Positions 1 through 8,409 of a stretch of 64,000 nt of DNA are shown in pieces. Every line of letters starts with the position of its first letter. Positions within the stretch are counted from its first letter, which is position 1. Below the pieces are notes generated by a model that saw only the letters and a program-made list of their open reading frames with translations, was not told the DNA's origin and did no database searches. Origin of the DNA: an uncultured Clostridia bacterium (GTDB taxonomy: Bacteria; Bacillota; Clostridia; Christensenellales; UBA1242). Position numbers and translations under genes: made by a program. The DNA lies in contig CAKNPS010000001.1 of NCBI GenBank assembly GCA_930990515.1, positions 103,280-167,279 of the forward strand, given 5' to 3'.

Positions 1-572
1 ATTATCATATTGTTCATAAATTCATAGAAGAATGTTGCCAAGTGCCAGCCATATCCAGGGCATTCACAACCCGCTTGATGACAATGCTCAATGTAAACAC
101 CAAAAGGAAACCACCTTAAGTTTTCATCTGAAATATAATAACCATAGGCTTCTTGATTTACAAAATTTCCCCATCTTCCAATGCCTTGCCCAAAAACAAG
201 ACCAAGCACAACAATGTCAGCAAGTTTTAAGAAATTCTTTTTATGAATTGCACAATACAAAATAACGCCAAGTGTTCCGCCAATAAGCCCGCCATAAAAT
301 CCTAAACCGCCATTCCAAATTTCGAATACTTGCCAAAAACTTGTGATTTGGTCGAGCGAGAAAAGGACATAGTAAATTCTTGCACCAATAATTGCAAGGG
401 GAATGACATAGCATGCAAGCAGAATTATATCATCAGTCGTGAATCCGCGTTTTTTTGCAACAAGACAAACAATAACAACGCCCATAAGGTATCCAAAGGC
501 GCTGATTAATCCATAGTAATTGATTGTTAAACCAAAAAGTTCGAAACTGTTTGTTATTAAATTCATACTCAT
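1..572 (-). CDS. lgt: prolipoprotein diacylglyceryl transferase, C-terminus cut by the window edge
   Basis: My own minus-strand translation from ATG 572 (or 566) gives MSMNLITNSFELFGLTINYYGLISAFGYLMG...GARIYYV...WNGGLGFYGG...VFGQGIGRWGNFVNQEAYG...HLATFFYEF. The GRxGNFxNxE signature and multi-TM profile fit Lgt. The ORF runs off base 1, so it is missing from the ORF track. Confidence 0.85.
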   Translation of the reverse strand, partial: MSMNLITNSFELFGLTINYYGLISAFGYLMGVVIVCLVAKKRGFTTDDIILLACYVIPLAIIGARIYYVLFSLDQITSFWQVFEIWNGGLGFYGGLIGGTLGVILYCAIHKKNFLKLADIVVLGLVFGQGIGRWGNFVNQEAYGYYISDENLRWFPFGVYIEHCHQAGCECPGYGWHLATFFYEFMNNMI

Positions 573-664
573 ACTTTATGAGTATATGAAATTGATAAAA
601 AAAAGTCAAATCATTTTACGATTTAACTTTTCGTTTTATATATAAATCTAAAAAATAAGTATTG

Positions 665-1837
665 TTAGATTTTGCTAGACACTTTAGAAACAAATGTCGT
701 ATATAGAATGTCGGCATTGTCAGTTTCATCGTTTGTTACAAAAAGTGTGGTGTTATAATCAGCGGTAGATTTTGCGAGCATAACGATTTCTTTGATTAAG
801 GTTGCTGTTTCTTCAGCGTGATTAAAATATGATTTATCTGATGATTTGTTATAAGCATCTAAAATGTGTGACAAGGTGACAATGTCTTGAACAAAGATAG
901 CAACATTTGTGCCAATTTCTTGCAAGCGTTTAATGTTGTTCAAGAAAACATTAACTTTTTTGAAATAGTCAGAAGGTTTATCGTCAAACTTCAAGACAAA
1001 AATATTATCAAACCCAACATCTGAAAGGGCGATATATTCGTCAAACATTGTGTTGGAAACAAGTGCAACTGAAATTGTGTTTGCCTTTTTTAAATTTGAA
1101 ATTAAAGATTTAACTTTACTTAAGTTATCAATAAGTTTTCCTTGTTCTAAAACATATCTTAGTCCTAAAGTTATTTCTTTGTCATTAACCTTAATTTTCT
1201 TTGATGGTAAAACCCTTTCTTGAGAAACAGGGAGTGGAGAATATGAAGAAGCATTTATGTAGTTAATTTTTTCAATATTGTCCATTATGTATTCATTGTT
1301 GTCATTCATAACAACGGCGGTGCCTTCCACAAAATCAAATTGTTCAAGGTCTGGAAATGCTCTTTTTTCAATTAAAATTGGGAGAGAGTTATCTTCATTA
1401 ACAATATAAAACTCGTTTGCAGTGCGGTTGAGAACAACGCCTTTAACTTTTATAGGGAAAATCTTTTTCTTGACAACTTCTGGTTCAACTTGTCTAAAGC
1501 CTATTGTTCTGACATTGTCATTTTGTTTATTTGAAAGAGATTTCAAAGTGTAGTCTTTACCAACAATAGAAGAAAGTTCTTCCAAAATGCCTTCAATGTT
1601 GGAAAGTTCTTTGTATGGGCGACCTTGACGAAGAGGAATTGGTTGCAATTCTTCGCCATTAATGATTTTATCCATAATAAATTTGATATGGTCATCTCTT
1701 TTTGAAGTTGTTGGAGAATTATCGCCAAAAACTCTTGCGATGGCTCTAAGTTCATAGATTCCAAGACTTTGGATAAGGTTAAAACTTCTTTCTTGGGCTC
1801 TTGTGAGATTATCATACATAGTTATATTTTTCGACAT
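665..1837 (-). CDS. Rho-like protein (Rho_N-like helix, OB-like middle, RecA-like C-terminal domain with degenerate Walker A)
   Basis: The start was moved to ATG 1837 (MSKNITMYDN), which is preceded by AAAGGAGAA. The N-terminus LGIYELRAIARVFG resembles the Rho N-terminal domain. The C-terminus FDDKPSDYFKKVNVFLNNIKRLQE...VAIFVQDIVTLSHILDAYN parallels E. coli Rho [24 protein letters not shown]...VIILLDSITRLARAYN. The position of the P-loop PPKAGKT reads EQGKLIDN. Confidence 0.55.
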   Translation of the reverse strand: MSKNITMYDNLTRAQERSFNLIQSLGIYELRAIARVFGDNSPTTSKRDDHIKFIMDKIINGEELQPIPLRQGRPYKELSNIEGILEELSSIVGKDYTLKSLSNKQNDNVRTIGFRQVEPEVVKKKIFPIKVKGVVLNRTANEFYIVNEDNSLPILIEKRAFPDLEQFDFVEGTAVVMNDNNEYIMDNIEKINYINASSYSPLPVSQERVLPSKKIKVNDKEITLGLRYVLEQGKLIDNLSKVKSLISNLKKANTISVALVSNTMFDEYIALSDVGFDNIFVLKFDDKPSDYFKKVNVFLNNIKRLQEIGTNVAIFVQDIVTLSHILDAYNKSSDKSYFNHAEETATLIKEIVMLAKSTADYNTTLFVTNDETDNADILYTTFVSKVSSKI

Positions 1838-1916
1838 AATTTCTCCTTTTGTAAATGACTTCAACATCACTTGTCTTTTGGCATTATAGCACAAAAATAT
1901 TTAAATAGCAAATGAT

Positions 1917-2127
1917 TTCGACAAAAATAGCCTAATATTTTACAAAAATTTTTAAAAAGGAAAGGGTACATTCTAAGTATAAGTATAATATAAGTGCATA
2001 ATACACTATATTTTGTGGTGGTATGCAATAGTTGTCTCAATTTATACCATACTTATAGTTTGCTCAAAAACGACAATTTTTATAATCATTTAGTGTTTTT
2101 TTGAAATTTTGTCGTAAATTTGTCGAA
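1917..2127. promoter_or_regulatory. cluster of Spo0A-box-like heptamers (TGTCGAA) in the divergent region upstream of spoIVB
   Basis: TTCGACA at 1917-1923, AACGACA at 2069-2075, TGTCGTA at 2110-2116 and TGTCGAA at 2121-2127. The last two are direct repeats 11 bp apart. Confidence 0.3.
1995..2027. repeat. palindromic repeat family, copy A (inside-out arrangement)
   Basis: TGCATAATACAC-tatatttt-GTGGTGGTATGCA. The two half-sites face away from each other around a CAC-N10-GTG spacer. Confidence 0.7.
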
Positions 2128-2186
2128 ATTTCTCTAAAAATGCCTAATGTCCGTATAAATTTTTGAAAACGCAAGATACTAGAAAA

Positions 2187-3353
2187 ATGAGAAAAAATTT
2201 TTGGATATTCTATAGTTTTTTATGTTGTTTGGTTGTCGTGCTTATCGTTATGCCAATAATTGATATTTATAGCATTGAAGAAAATTTCTTAGTTAGTTTT
2301 GAAGATATGGAAACAGCAAATTCCAATGGAACTTTTGGAGCATACATTAGTGGCGAACTTGAACAAAAAGATCAATCAACAGGTTTAGAACAAACAAAAA
2401 CAGGAGAAGTGGTTTTCAAACTTTTTGGTTTTATTCCTATTCGTAAAGTTTCCGTCATTATGGTAAATGATGATGACTATTACATCGGTGGTGTTCCTAT
2501 AGGGCTTTCCATATATACAGATGGAGCGATTGTTATTGATGATAATGGAAATGATGGCATAAAAGAAGGAGATATTATCACGCAAATTGATGGCATTGAT
2601 TTTAATGAAATTGAAGATATGGAAAGTGTGTTAAAAGATAATGAAGAAGTTGAAGTTACCTATCTTCGTAAAAATAAGGAAGTAAAAACCCTTTTGAAAG
2701 TTAAGAATGAAAATAAAAAACATAAACTTGGACTTACTGTGAAAGATAATGTGACGGGTGTTGGAACTCTTACCTTTGTTAATACGAGAACTGGAGAATA
2801 TGGCGCTCTTGGGCATGCTATTATGGAAGAAGCAGGCGGAAACATTGTTCCAGTAAGCGATGGAAAAGTGTATGCGTGCAATCTTATTGGAATAACCAAG
2901 GGAGAAAAGAACAATCCTGGGCAACTTCGATGCGTATTCGTTCAAAATTCAAAAACTAAAGGAACGATTGAAACAAACAACAAGTTTGGAATAAAAGGTG
3001 TGATGACAAATACATCTGGGCTTGTTGATGAAAACTTAACAGCAAAAATTGGCGGTCGTTTTTCTGTCACACCGGGGAAAGCCACCATTGTCAGCGACAT
3101 TAGTGGAATTAAAGAAGAATATGAAATTGAAATCATAAAAGCAAACTATCAGAAGAAGGCAAACGATAAAAGTTTGGTTTTTAGAGTGAAAGACAAACGA
3201 CTTTTAAATCTTACTGGCGGAATTGTTCAGGGAATGAGTGGTTCTCCAATTATGCAAAATGGCAAAATTGTTGGGGCGGTTACACACGTATTTTTGTCTG
3301 ATGCCACAAAAGGCTATGGTGTTTACACTGATTGGATGACTCAAGACTTATAA
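2187..3353 (+). CDS. spoIVB: SpoIVB-type S55 serine peptidase (sporulation signalling protease)
   Basis: It has an N-terminal TM segment, a PDZ-like segment (GDIITQIDG), LGHAI, and the C-terminal GIVQGMSGSPIMQNGKIVGAVTHVF typical of SpoIVB. ATG 2187 is preferred over the track's TTG 2163. Confidence 0.88.
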   Translation: MRKNFWIFYSFLCCLVVVLIVMPIIDIYSIEENFLVSFEDMETANSNGTFGAYISGELEQKDQSTGLEQTKTGEVVFKLFGFIPIRKVSVIMVNDDDYYIGGVPIGLSIYTDGAIVIDDNGNDGIKEGDIITQIDGIDFNEIEDMESVLKDNEEVEVTYLRKNKEVKTLLKVKNENKKHKLGLTVKDNVTGVGTLTFVNTRTGEYGALGHAIMEEAGGNIVPVSDGKVYACNLIGITKGEKNNPGQLRCVFVQNSKTKGTIETNNKFGIKGVMTNTSGLVDENLTAKIGGRFSVTPGKATIVSDISGIKEEYEIEIIKANYQKKANDKSLVFRVKDKRLLNLTGGIVQGMSGSPIMQNGKIVGAVTHVFLSDATKGYGVYTDWMTQDL

Positions 3354-3535
3354 CACAACACACTATGTGTGGATTGTATATGATTTATATAATTTTGTAT
3401 ATTTATAGTATTATCATTTAAGTAAATATAATCAATAATTAAATTTTTTACAAAATTTACAAATTTACTATAATTTATGATTTTAAACACGCAATCAATA
3501 AAAAAAGTAAAATTTTTACAATATTGTCAAAATCT

Positions 3536-3564
3536 TTGGAAATTAATTTTTAATTTGATATAAT
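3536..3564 (+). promoter_or_regulatory. sigma-A-type promoter of the xer-like gene; leaderless geometry
   Basis: TTGGAA (3536-3541), 17 nt spacer, TATAAT (3559-3564). ATG 3565 abuts the -10 box and a second ATG at 3571 lies 6 nt downstream. There is no Shine-Dalgarno sequence. Confidence 0.55.
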
Positions 3565-4617
3565 ATGAATATGAAAAATTTGACCTATTTTGAAAAGCGT
3601 GACTTAAAAAATATGGAAAGGATAGGGGAGTATCTTCAAAAACTGCCAGAATATTGTTATGATTATTTCACTGGCATTGAACTTAACACTTCTTCTCTTA
3701 CAAGACTAAATTATGCAATGGATATTTCCATATTTTATGAGTATTTATCTAAATATGTTTTTAAAAAAGATATTAAAAATATTACGCTAGAAGATTTAGA
3801 TTCCTTGGAAGCAAGAAATATTGAAAGTTTTTTGTCCTATCTTTCTTTTTATCAAATTGATGATAAGGTCTATAAGAACAATGAAAAAGGTAAGGCAAGA
3901 AAACTTGCCAGTGTGAGAAGTTTTTTTAAATATCTTTTCAATCACGATATGATTTATAGAAATGTGGTGAGCAAAGTGCCAACACCGAAACTTCATAGCA
4001 AGGAGATAATAAGATTAGAGAGTGATGAAGTTGAAAGAATGCTTGATGCTGTTCAAATGCCAACCACATTCACTGAAAGACAAAAAAACTATAACAAAAA
4101 CACCAAGGTGCGTGATAATGCCATTGTGACACTTTTTTTAGGCACTGGCATAAGAGTAAGCGAACTTGTAGGGCTAAATGTGGAAGATATTGATTTTTCA
4201 CAAAACGCTTTCAAGGTCACAAGAAAGGGTGGAAATCAGGTTATTTTGTATTATCCTAATGAAGTCAAGTATGCTCTTCAAGAGTGGCTTGAGATAAGAA
4301 AAACTTTGCCGATTGATGAAAATGAAAAAGCGTTATTCATTTCCCTTCAAAACAGAAGAATCTGCACTCGAGCAGTGGAAAACCTTGTTAAAAAGTTTGC
4401 AAGAGAAAGCACACCTTTAAAGAAGATTTCTCCGCATAAACTTCGTTCCACTTTTGGCACAAATTTATATAGAGAAACTAAAGACATTTATATTGTTGCT
4501 GACGTTTTGGGACATAAAGATGTTAACACCACAAAGAAACACTATGCGGCTATTGATGATGACATTAGAAAGAATGCAGCAAAGAAAGTTAAAATTACAA
4601 ATAGTTTGTATGAATAA
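3565..4617 (+). CDS. tyrosine site-specific recombinase, XerC/XerD-like (phage integrase family)
   Basis: Catalytic residues are present in GTGIRVSEL (Arg), HKLRSTFGT (His-x-x-Arg) and LGHKDVNTTKKHY (His, Tyr), with an N-terminal SAM-like core-binding domain. The true start may be ATG 3571 if the mRNA is leaderless. Confidence 0.85.
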   Translation: MNMKNLTYFEKRDLKNMERIGEYLQKLPEYCYDYFTGIELNTSSLTRLNYAMDISIFYEYLSKYVFKKDIKNITLEDLDSLEARNIESFLSYLSFYQIDDKVYKNNEKGKARKLASVRSFFKYLFNHDMIYRNVVSKVPTPKLHSKEIIRLESDEVERMLDAVQMPTTFTERQKNYNKNTKVRDNAIVTLFLGTGIRVSELVGLNVEDIDFSQNAFKVTRKGGNQVILYYPNEVKYALQEWLEIRKTLPIDENEKALFISLQNRRICTRAVENLVKKFARESTPLKKISPHKLRSTFGTNLYRETKDIYIVADVLGHKDVNTTKKHYAAIDDDIRKNAAKKVKITNSLYE

Positions 4618-4622
4618 TCAAC

Positions 4623-4657
4623 ATATAGAGTGTTATGCAATGCGTAATACTCTATAT
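4623..4657. repeat. palindromic repeat family, copy B
   Basis: ATATAGAGTGTTATGCA-A-TGCGTAATACTCTATAT (15/17 arm match), starting 6 nt after the xer stop. Confidence 0.75.
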
Positions 4658-4809
4658 TTAGTTTAAAATCTTTAACTAAATTTTGTTTAATTACTATTTG
4701 CTTTTGTCAAATTTTTGCACTTACCTTTAAACTTTAATTGTTTTCTAAGGCAAATAAGTTGATATAAAAACGGAAAAAAGCAATGTTTTTATTTTGCTTT
4801 TTATATATT

Positions 4810-4858
4810 TTCGAGAATTTCTATCTTATTTCGACAATATTCAAGAGAAAATTCGACA
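4810..4858. promoter_or_regulatory. phased array of three TTCGA(C/G)A heptamers upstream of the tig promoter
   Basis: TTCGAGA at 4810-4816, TTCGACA at 4830-4836 and TTCGACA at 4852-4858. All are on the same strand, with 20 and 22 bp spacing, ending 31 bp before the -35 box. Confidence 0.3.
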
Positions 4859-4888
4859 ACAAATTGCTTAATTTTAGGTCATTATTGT

Positions 4889-4917
4889 TTGCTTTTTATA
4901 AAAATATATGCTATAAT
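4889..4917 (+). promoter_or_regulatory. sigma-A-type promoter upstream of tig
   Basis: TTGCTT (4889-4894), 17 nt spacer, TGc-TATAAT (4912-4917, extended -10). Confidence 0.55.
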
Positions 4918-5002
4918 CTTCGTAGTTTTTGCTAAAGTGGTGTAGTTTGCCCGATATGAAACCCTTTTGCAAAAAATAATCTACATTTAAGGGGACAAAT
5001 TT

Positions 5003-6271
5003 ATGTATAATTACAAAGTAAACGGATCAAAAGTCATCATTGACGTTAATATTGATGACAAAGAATGGAATGAAGGCGTTAATAAAGTCTATGAAAGCAC
5101 AAAAGCAAAGTTTAATGTTGTTGGTTTTAGAAAAGGTCACGCTCCTAAAAAAGTGATTGAACAACAATATGGCGACGATGTTTTCTATGAAGATACTTTA
5201 GACTATTTCATCAGAAAAACACTTAATGACTTTTTAAACGAAAATTCAAAATATGAACCAGTCTCATATCCAAACACAAAACTTGGAGAATATGTTGTTG
5301 GCGAAGGAATTAAATTCACAATTGAATTTGACATTATGCCAGAATTTAAACTTCCAGCCTATACTGGTCTTGAATTTACACAAGAAAGCCCAAAAGTAAC
5401 TGATAAGGAAATTGAACATGAAATCCATCACTTACTTGAAGACAATGCTTCATTTAATAGCGTTGACAGAGAAAGCAAAATGGGTGACCACACTGTAATT
5501 GACTTTGTTGGCTCTATTGATGGCGTGGAATTTGAAGGCGGAAGAGCGGAAGATTTTCCACTTGAACTTGGTTCACATTCCTTTATCGACACCTTTGAAG
5601 ACCAACTCGTTGGTAAGAAAAAAGGTGACAAAGTTGATGTTAATGTTAAATTCCCTGATGACTATCCTGCAAAAGAATATGCTGGGAAGAAAGCACTCTT
5701 TAAGGTAACAATTAAAGATGTTCGCGAAAAAGTTCTTCCAACTTTTGACGACAAATTTGTTGCTGATACGACAGAATTTGAAACAGCAGATGAGTATAAA
5801 AAACATATTGCTGAGCATATTCAATCTATGAAGGAAGAAAGAGCAGACTATGACATTAAACACGACATTTTAAGACACATCATTGACAACACAGAAATGG
5901 AAATTCCAAAATCTCTTATTGATATGGAAGTTGAAAACAATGTTAAGCAACTTGAAGATGCTTGCAAAATGTATCAAATGGACATTAATGACTATTTAAC
6001 TCGTATGAACACAACTTTAGATGAATATAAGAAAAGTTGCGAAGATAGAGCAGTTAAAAGCATTAAATCTCGCTACATTTTAAGACAAATCATTGATGAA
6101 AACAACATTAATGCAACTGAAAAAGAAATTGACGAAAAAATTAAACAACTTCCTGATTTACGCGGAAAGAAAGAAATTACTCATGAAGACAGAATTTATG
6201 CAGAAAACAATGTTTTACTTGATAAAACATACAATTTCTTGAAAGAAAACAACAAAATTATTGTAAAATAA
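5003..6271 (+). CDS. tig: trigger factor
   Basis: Ribosome-binding motif GFRKGHAPKKV, a central FKBP-like PPIase segment, about 420 aa, and position upstream of clpP-clpX. Confidence 0.95.
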   Translation: MYNYKVNGSKVIIDVNIDDKEWNEGVNKVYESTKAKFNVVGFRKGHAPKKVIEQQYGDDVFYEDTLDYFIRKTLNDFLNENSKYEPVSYPNTKLGEYVVGEGIKFTIEFDIMPEFKLPAYTGLEFTQESPKVTDKEIEHEIHHLLEDNASFNSVDRESKMGDHTVIDFVGSIDGVEFEGGRAEDFPLELGSHSFIDTFEDQLVGKKKGDKVDVNVKFPDDYPAKEYAGKKALFKVTIKDVREKVLPTFDDKFVADTTEFETADEYKKHIAEHIQSMKEERADYDIKHDILRHIIDNTEMEIPKSLIDMEVENNVKQLEDACKMYQMDINDYLTRMNTTLDEYKKSCEDRAVKSIKSRYILRQIIDENNINATEKEIDEKIKQLPDLRGKKEITHEDRIYAENNVLLDKTYNFLKENNKIIVK

Positions 6272-6344
6272 CATAGCAATTTAGATTTTATGTATAATTG
6301 TTACAGACAAAAATTTATAGCAAATTTATAAAGGAGGAAAAATT

Positions 6345-6953
6345 ATGCTTATACCTATGGTTGTTGACCAAAATGGTGCAAATGAAAGGTCTTATGACAT
6401 TTATTCAAGATTACTTGAGGACAGAATTGTCTTTTTGACAGGGGAAGTGAATGACCAATCTGCTAATATTGTGATTGCTCAACTCATTTACCTTGAAGGA
6501 AAAAATCCTGACAAAGACATATTCTTATATATCAACAGTCCTGGCGGTTCTGTCAGTGCTGGAATGGCAATTTATGACACAATGCAATACATTAAATGCG
6601 ATGTTTCCACAATCTGCATTGGGCTTGCTGCTTCAATGGGTGCATTCTTACTTTCAAGCGGAACAAAAGGGAAGCGTTTTGCTCTTCCTAACAGTGAAAT
6701 TATGATTCACCAACCACTTGGCGGAGCACAAGGTCAAGCAAGTGATATTGAAATTCAAGCAAGACAAATTCAAAAGATTAAGGCTAAACTTAACAAAATT
6801 TTAAGTGACAACACTGGCAAGCCATTAAAAACAATTGAAAAAGACACTGACAGAGATAACTATATGACTGCTGAAGAAGCAAAAGAATATGGTTTAATTG
6901 ATAACATTTTCTACACAAGAAAAGCAGATAAGAAAGAAGAAAATAAGAAATAA
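6345..6953 (+). CDS. clpP: ATP-dependent Clp protease proteolytic subunit
   Basis: [29 protein letters not shown] (catalytic Ser) and IMIHQPLGG (His). Confidence 0.97.
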   Translation: MLIPMVVDQNGANERSYDIYSRLLEDRIVFLTGEVNDQSANIVIAQLIYLEGKNPDKDIFLYINSPGGSVSAGMAIYDTMQYIKCDVSTICIGLAASMGAFLLSSGTKGKRFALPNSEIMIHQPLGGAQGQASDIEIQARQIQKIKAKLNKILSDNTGKPLKTIEKDTDRDNYMTAEEAKEYGLIDNIFYTRKADKKEENKK

Positions 6954-6981
6954 TTTTAAATTTTGAATTTATTGAGGTTTT

Positions 6982-8277
6982 ATGAAAGATATTGAAGTTG
7001 TTTGTTCATTTTGCGGAAAACCACAAAAACAAGCCAAAAGATTGATTGCAAACCCTACTGGTGATGCTTATATTTGTGATGATTGTGTGAGAATATGTGC
7101 AGATATAATCAAAGAAGATGCCATTAAAATTAAGGTTTTCAAGGACCTTGAAATTCCTTCTCCAAAGGACATTAAGAAAAGTCTTGACAATTATGTTATT
7201 GGTCAAGAACAGGCAAAAAAGGTTTTATCTGTTGCCGTTTTCAATCACTATAAAAGAATTAACTATAATTACCATAACAAAATTGATGGAACAAAGAAAA
7301 ATGCTAAAAATGCGTTGGAACTTGAAAAAAGCAATGTGCTTATGATTGGGCCAACTGGTTCTGGTAAAACACTTTTAGTCAAAACCCTTGCCAAAATTCT
7401 CGATGTTCCTTTTGCTTGTGCTGATGCCACAACTTTGACAGAAGCGGGATATGTTGGTGAAGATGTCGAAAATGTCCTTTTAAAACTTATTCAAAATGCC
7501 GACTATGACATTGCAAAAGCAGAAAGGGGAATTATTTATATTGACGAAATTGACAAGGTTTCCAGAAAAAGCGAAAATCGTTCTCTTACTCGTGATGTTG
7601 GTGGCGAAGGTGTTCAACAAGCACTCTTAAAAATCATTGAAAGCACAATCGCATCAGTTCCACCACAAGGCGGAAGAAAACACCCACATCAAGAAATGCT
7701 TCAAATTGACACCACAAACATTCTTTTCATTTGCGGTGGGGCATTTGTGGGACTTGATGACATAATTTACAAGCGTATGGCTTCATCTTCTCTTGGTTTC
7801 AATGCTCAAATCAAAAATTCAAATGAAAGAGCAAAGATTAACTACTCAAAAGATGTTCAACCTGATGATTTAATTAAGTATGGACTTATTCCAGAATTTG
7901 TGGGAAGACTTCCAATCATCACAGGACTTGATAATCTTGATGAAGTGGCTTTGAAAAAAATTTTGGTTGAACCAAAAAATTCTTTAATCAAACAATATAC
8001 CGAACTTTTCAAAATGGACGGTTTTGAACTTGAATTTAAAGATGATGCTCTTTCTTATGTTGCACATAAAGCCATTGAACTCAAGACTGGAGCGCGTGGT
8101 ATTAGAACAATTATGGAAACGCGTATGACAGAACTTATGTTTGATTTACCAGACCCAAAAGTGTATAGTAAAGTTATTATCACAAAAGAATTTATGGAAG
8201 GAGTTGGTGAACCAATCTTAGTTAAACGTGAAGAAAAGGAAATTGAACTTCCTAAGGCTGTAGGCGATGGTCAATAA
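6982..8277 (+). CDS. clpX: ATP-dependent Clp protease ATP-binding subunit ClpX
   Basis: N-terminal C4 zinc finger (CSFCGK...CDDC), Walker A GPTGSGKT, Walker [10 protein letters not shown] and the GYVGEDVEN pore-loop region. Confidence 0.97.
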   Translation: MKDIEVVCSFCGKPQKQAKRLIANPTGDAYICDDCVRICADIIKEDAIKIKVFKDLEIPSPKDIKKSLDNYVIGQEQAKKVLSVAVFNHYKRINYNYHNKIDGTKKNAKNALELEKSNVLMIGPTGSGKTLLVKTLAKILDVPFACADATTLTEAGYVGEDVENVLLKLIQNADYDIAKAERGIIYIDEIDKVSRKSENRSLTRDVGGEGVQQALLKIIESTIASVPPQGGRKHPHQEMLQIDTTNILFICGGAFVGLDDIIYKRMASSSLGFNAQIKNSNERAKINYSKDVQPDDLIKYGLIPEFVGRLPIITGLDNLDEVALKKILVEPKNSLIKQYTELFKMDGFELEFKDDALSYVAHKAIELKTGARGIRTIMETRMTELMFDLPDPKVYSKVIITKEFMEGVGEPILVKREEKEIELPKAVGDGQ

Positions 8278-8286
8278 TTAAAATTT

Positions 8287-8318
8287 AAGAGATAAGTTTA
8301 GGCTTATCTCTTTTTTAT
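8287..8318 (+). terminator. rho-independent terminator after clpX
   Basis: AAGAGATAAG-tttaggc-CTTATCTCTT followed by a T-run. Confidence 0.75.
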
Positions 8319-8353
8319 TTTCATTTTTCTAACTTTTTTCTTATTAAATCATT

Positions 8354-8381
8354 TTGCGAGAACGTCAAAAAGTGTTATAAT
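8354..8381 (+). promoter_or_regulatory. sigma-A-type promoter upstream of comM/yifB
   Basis: TTGCGA (8354-8359), 16 nt spacer, TGt-TATAAT (8376-8381). Confidence 0.5.
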
Positions 8382-8409
8382 CAAATTTAGAACAACATTA
8401 GGAGAAAGT

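Noticed and set aside
32-265. 77-aa plus-strand ORF from the track
   Set aside because: It lies antisense inside the lgt coding region, whose minus-strand translation carries the Lgt signature. The plus-strand product is low-complexity with no start signals.
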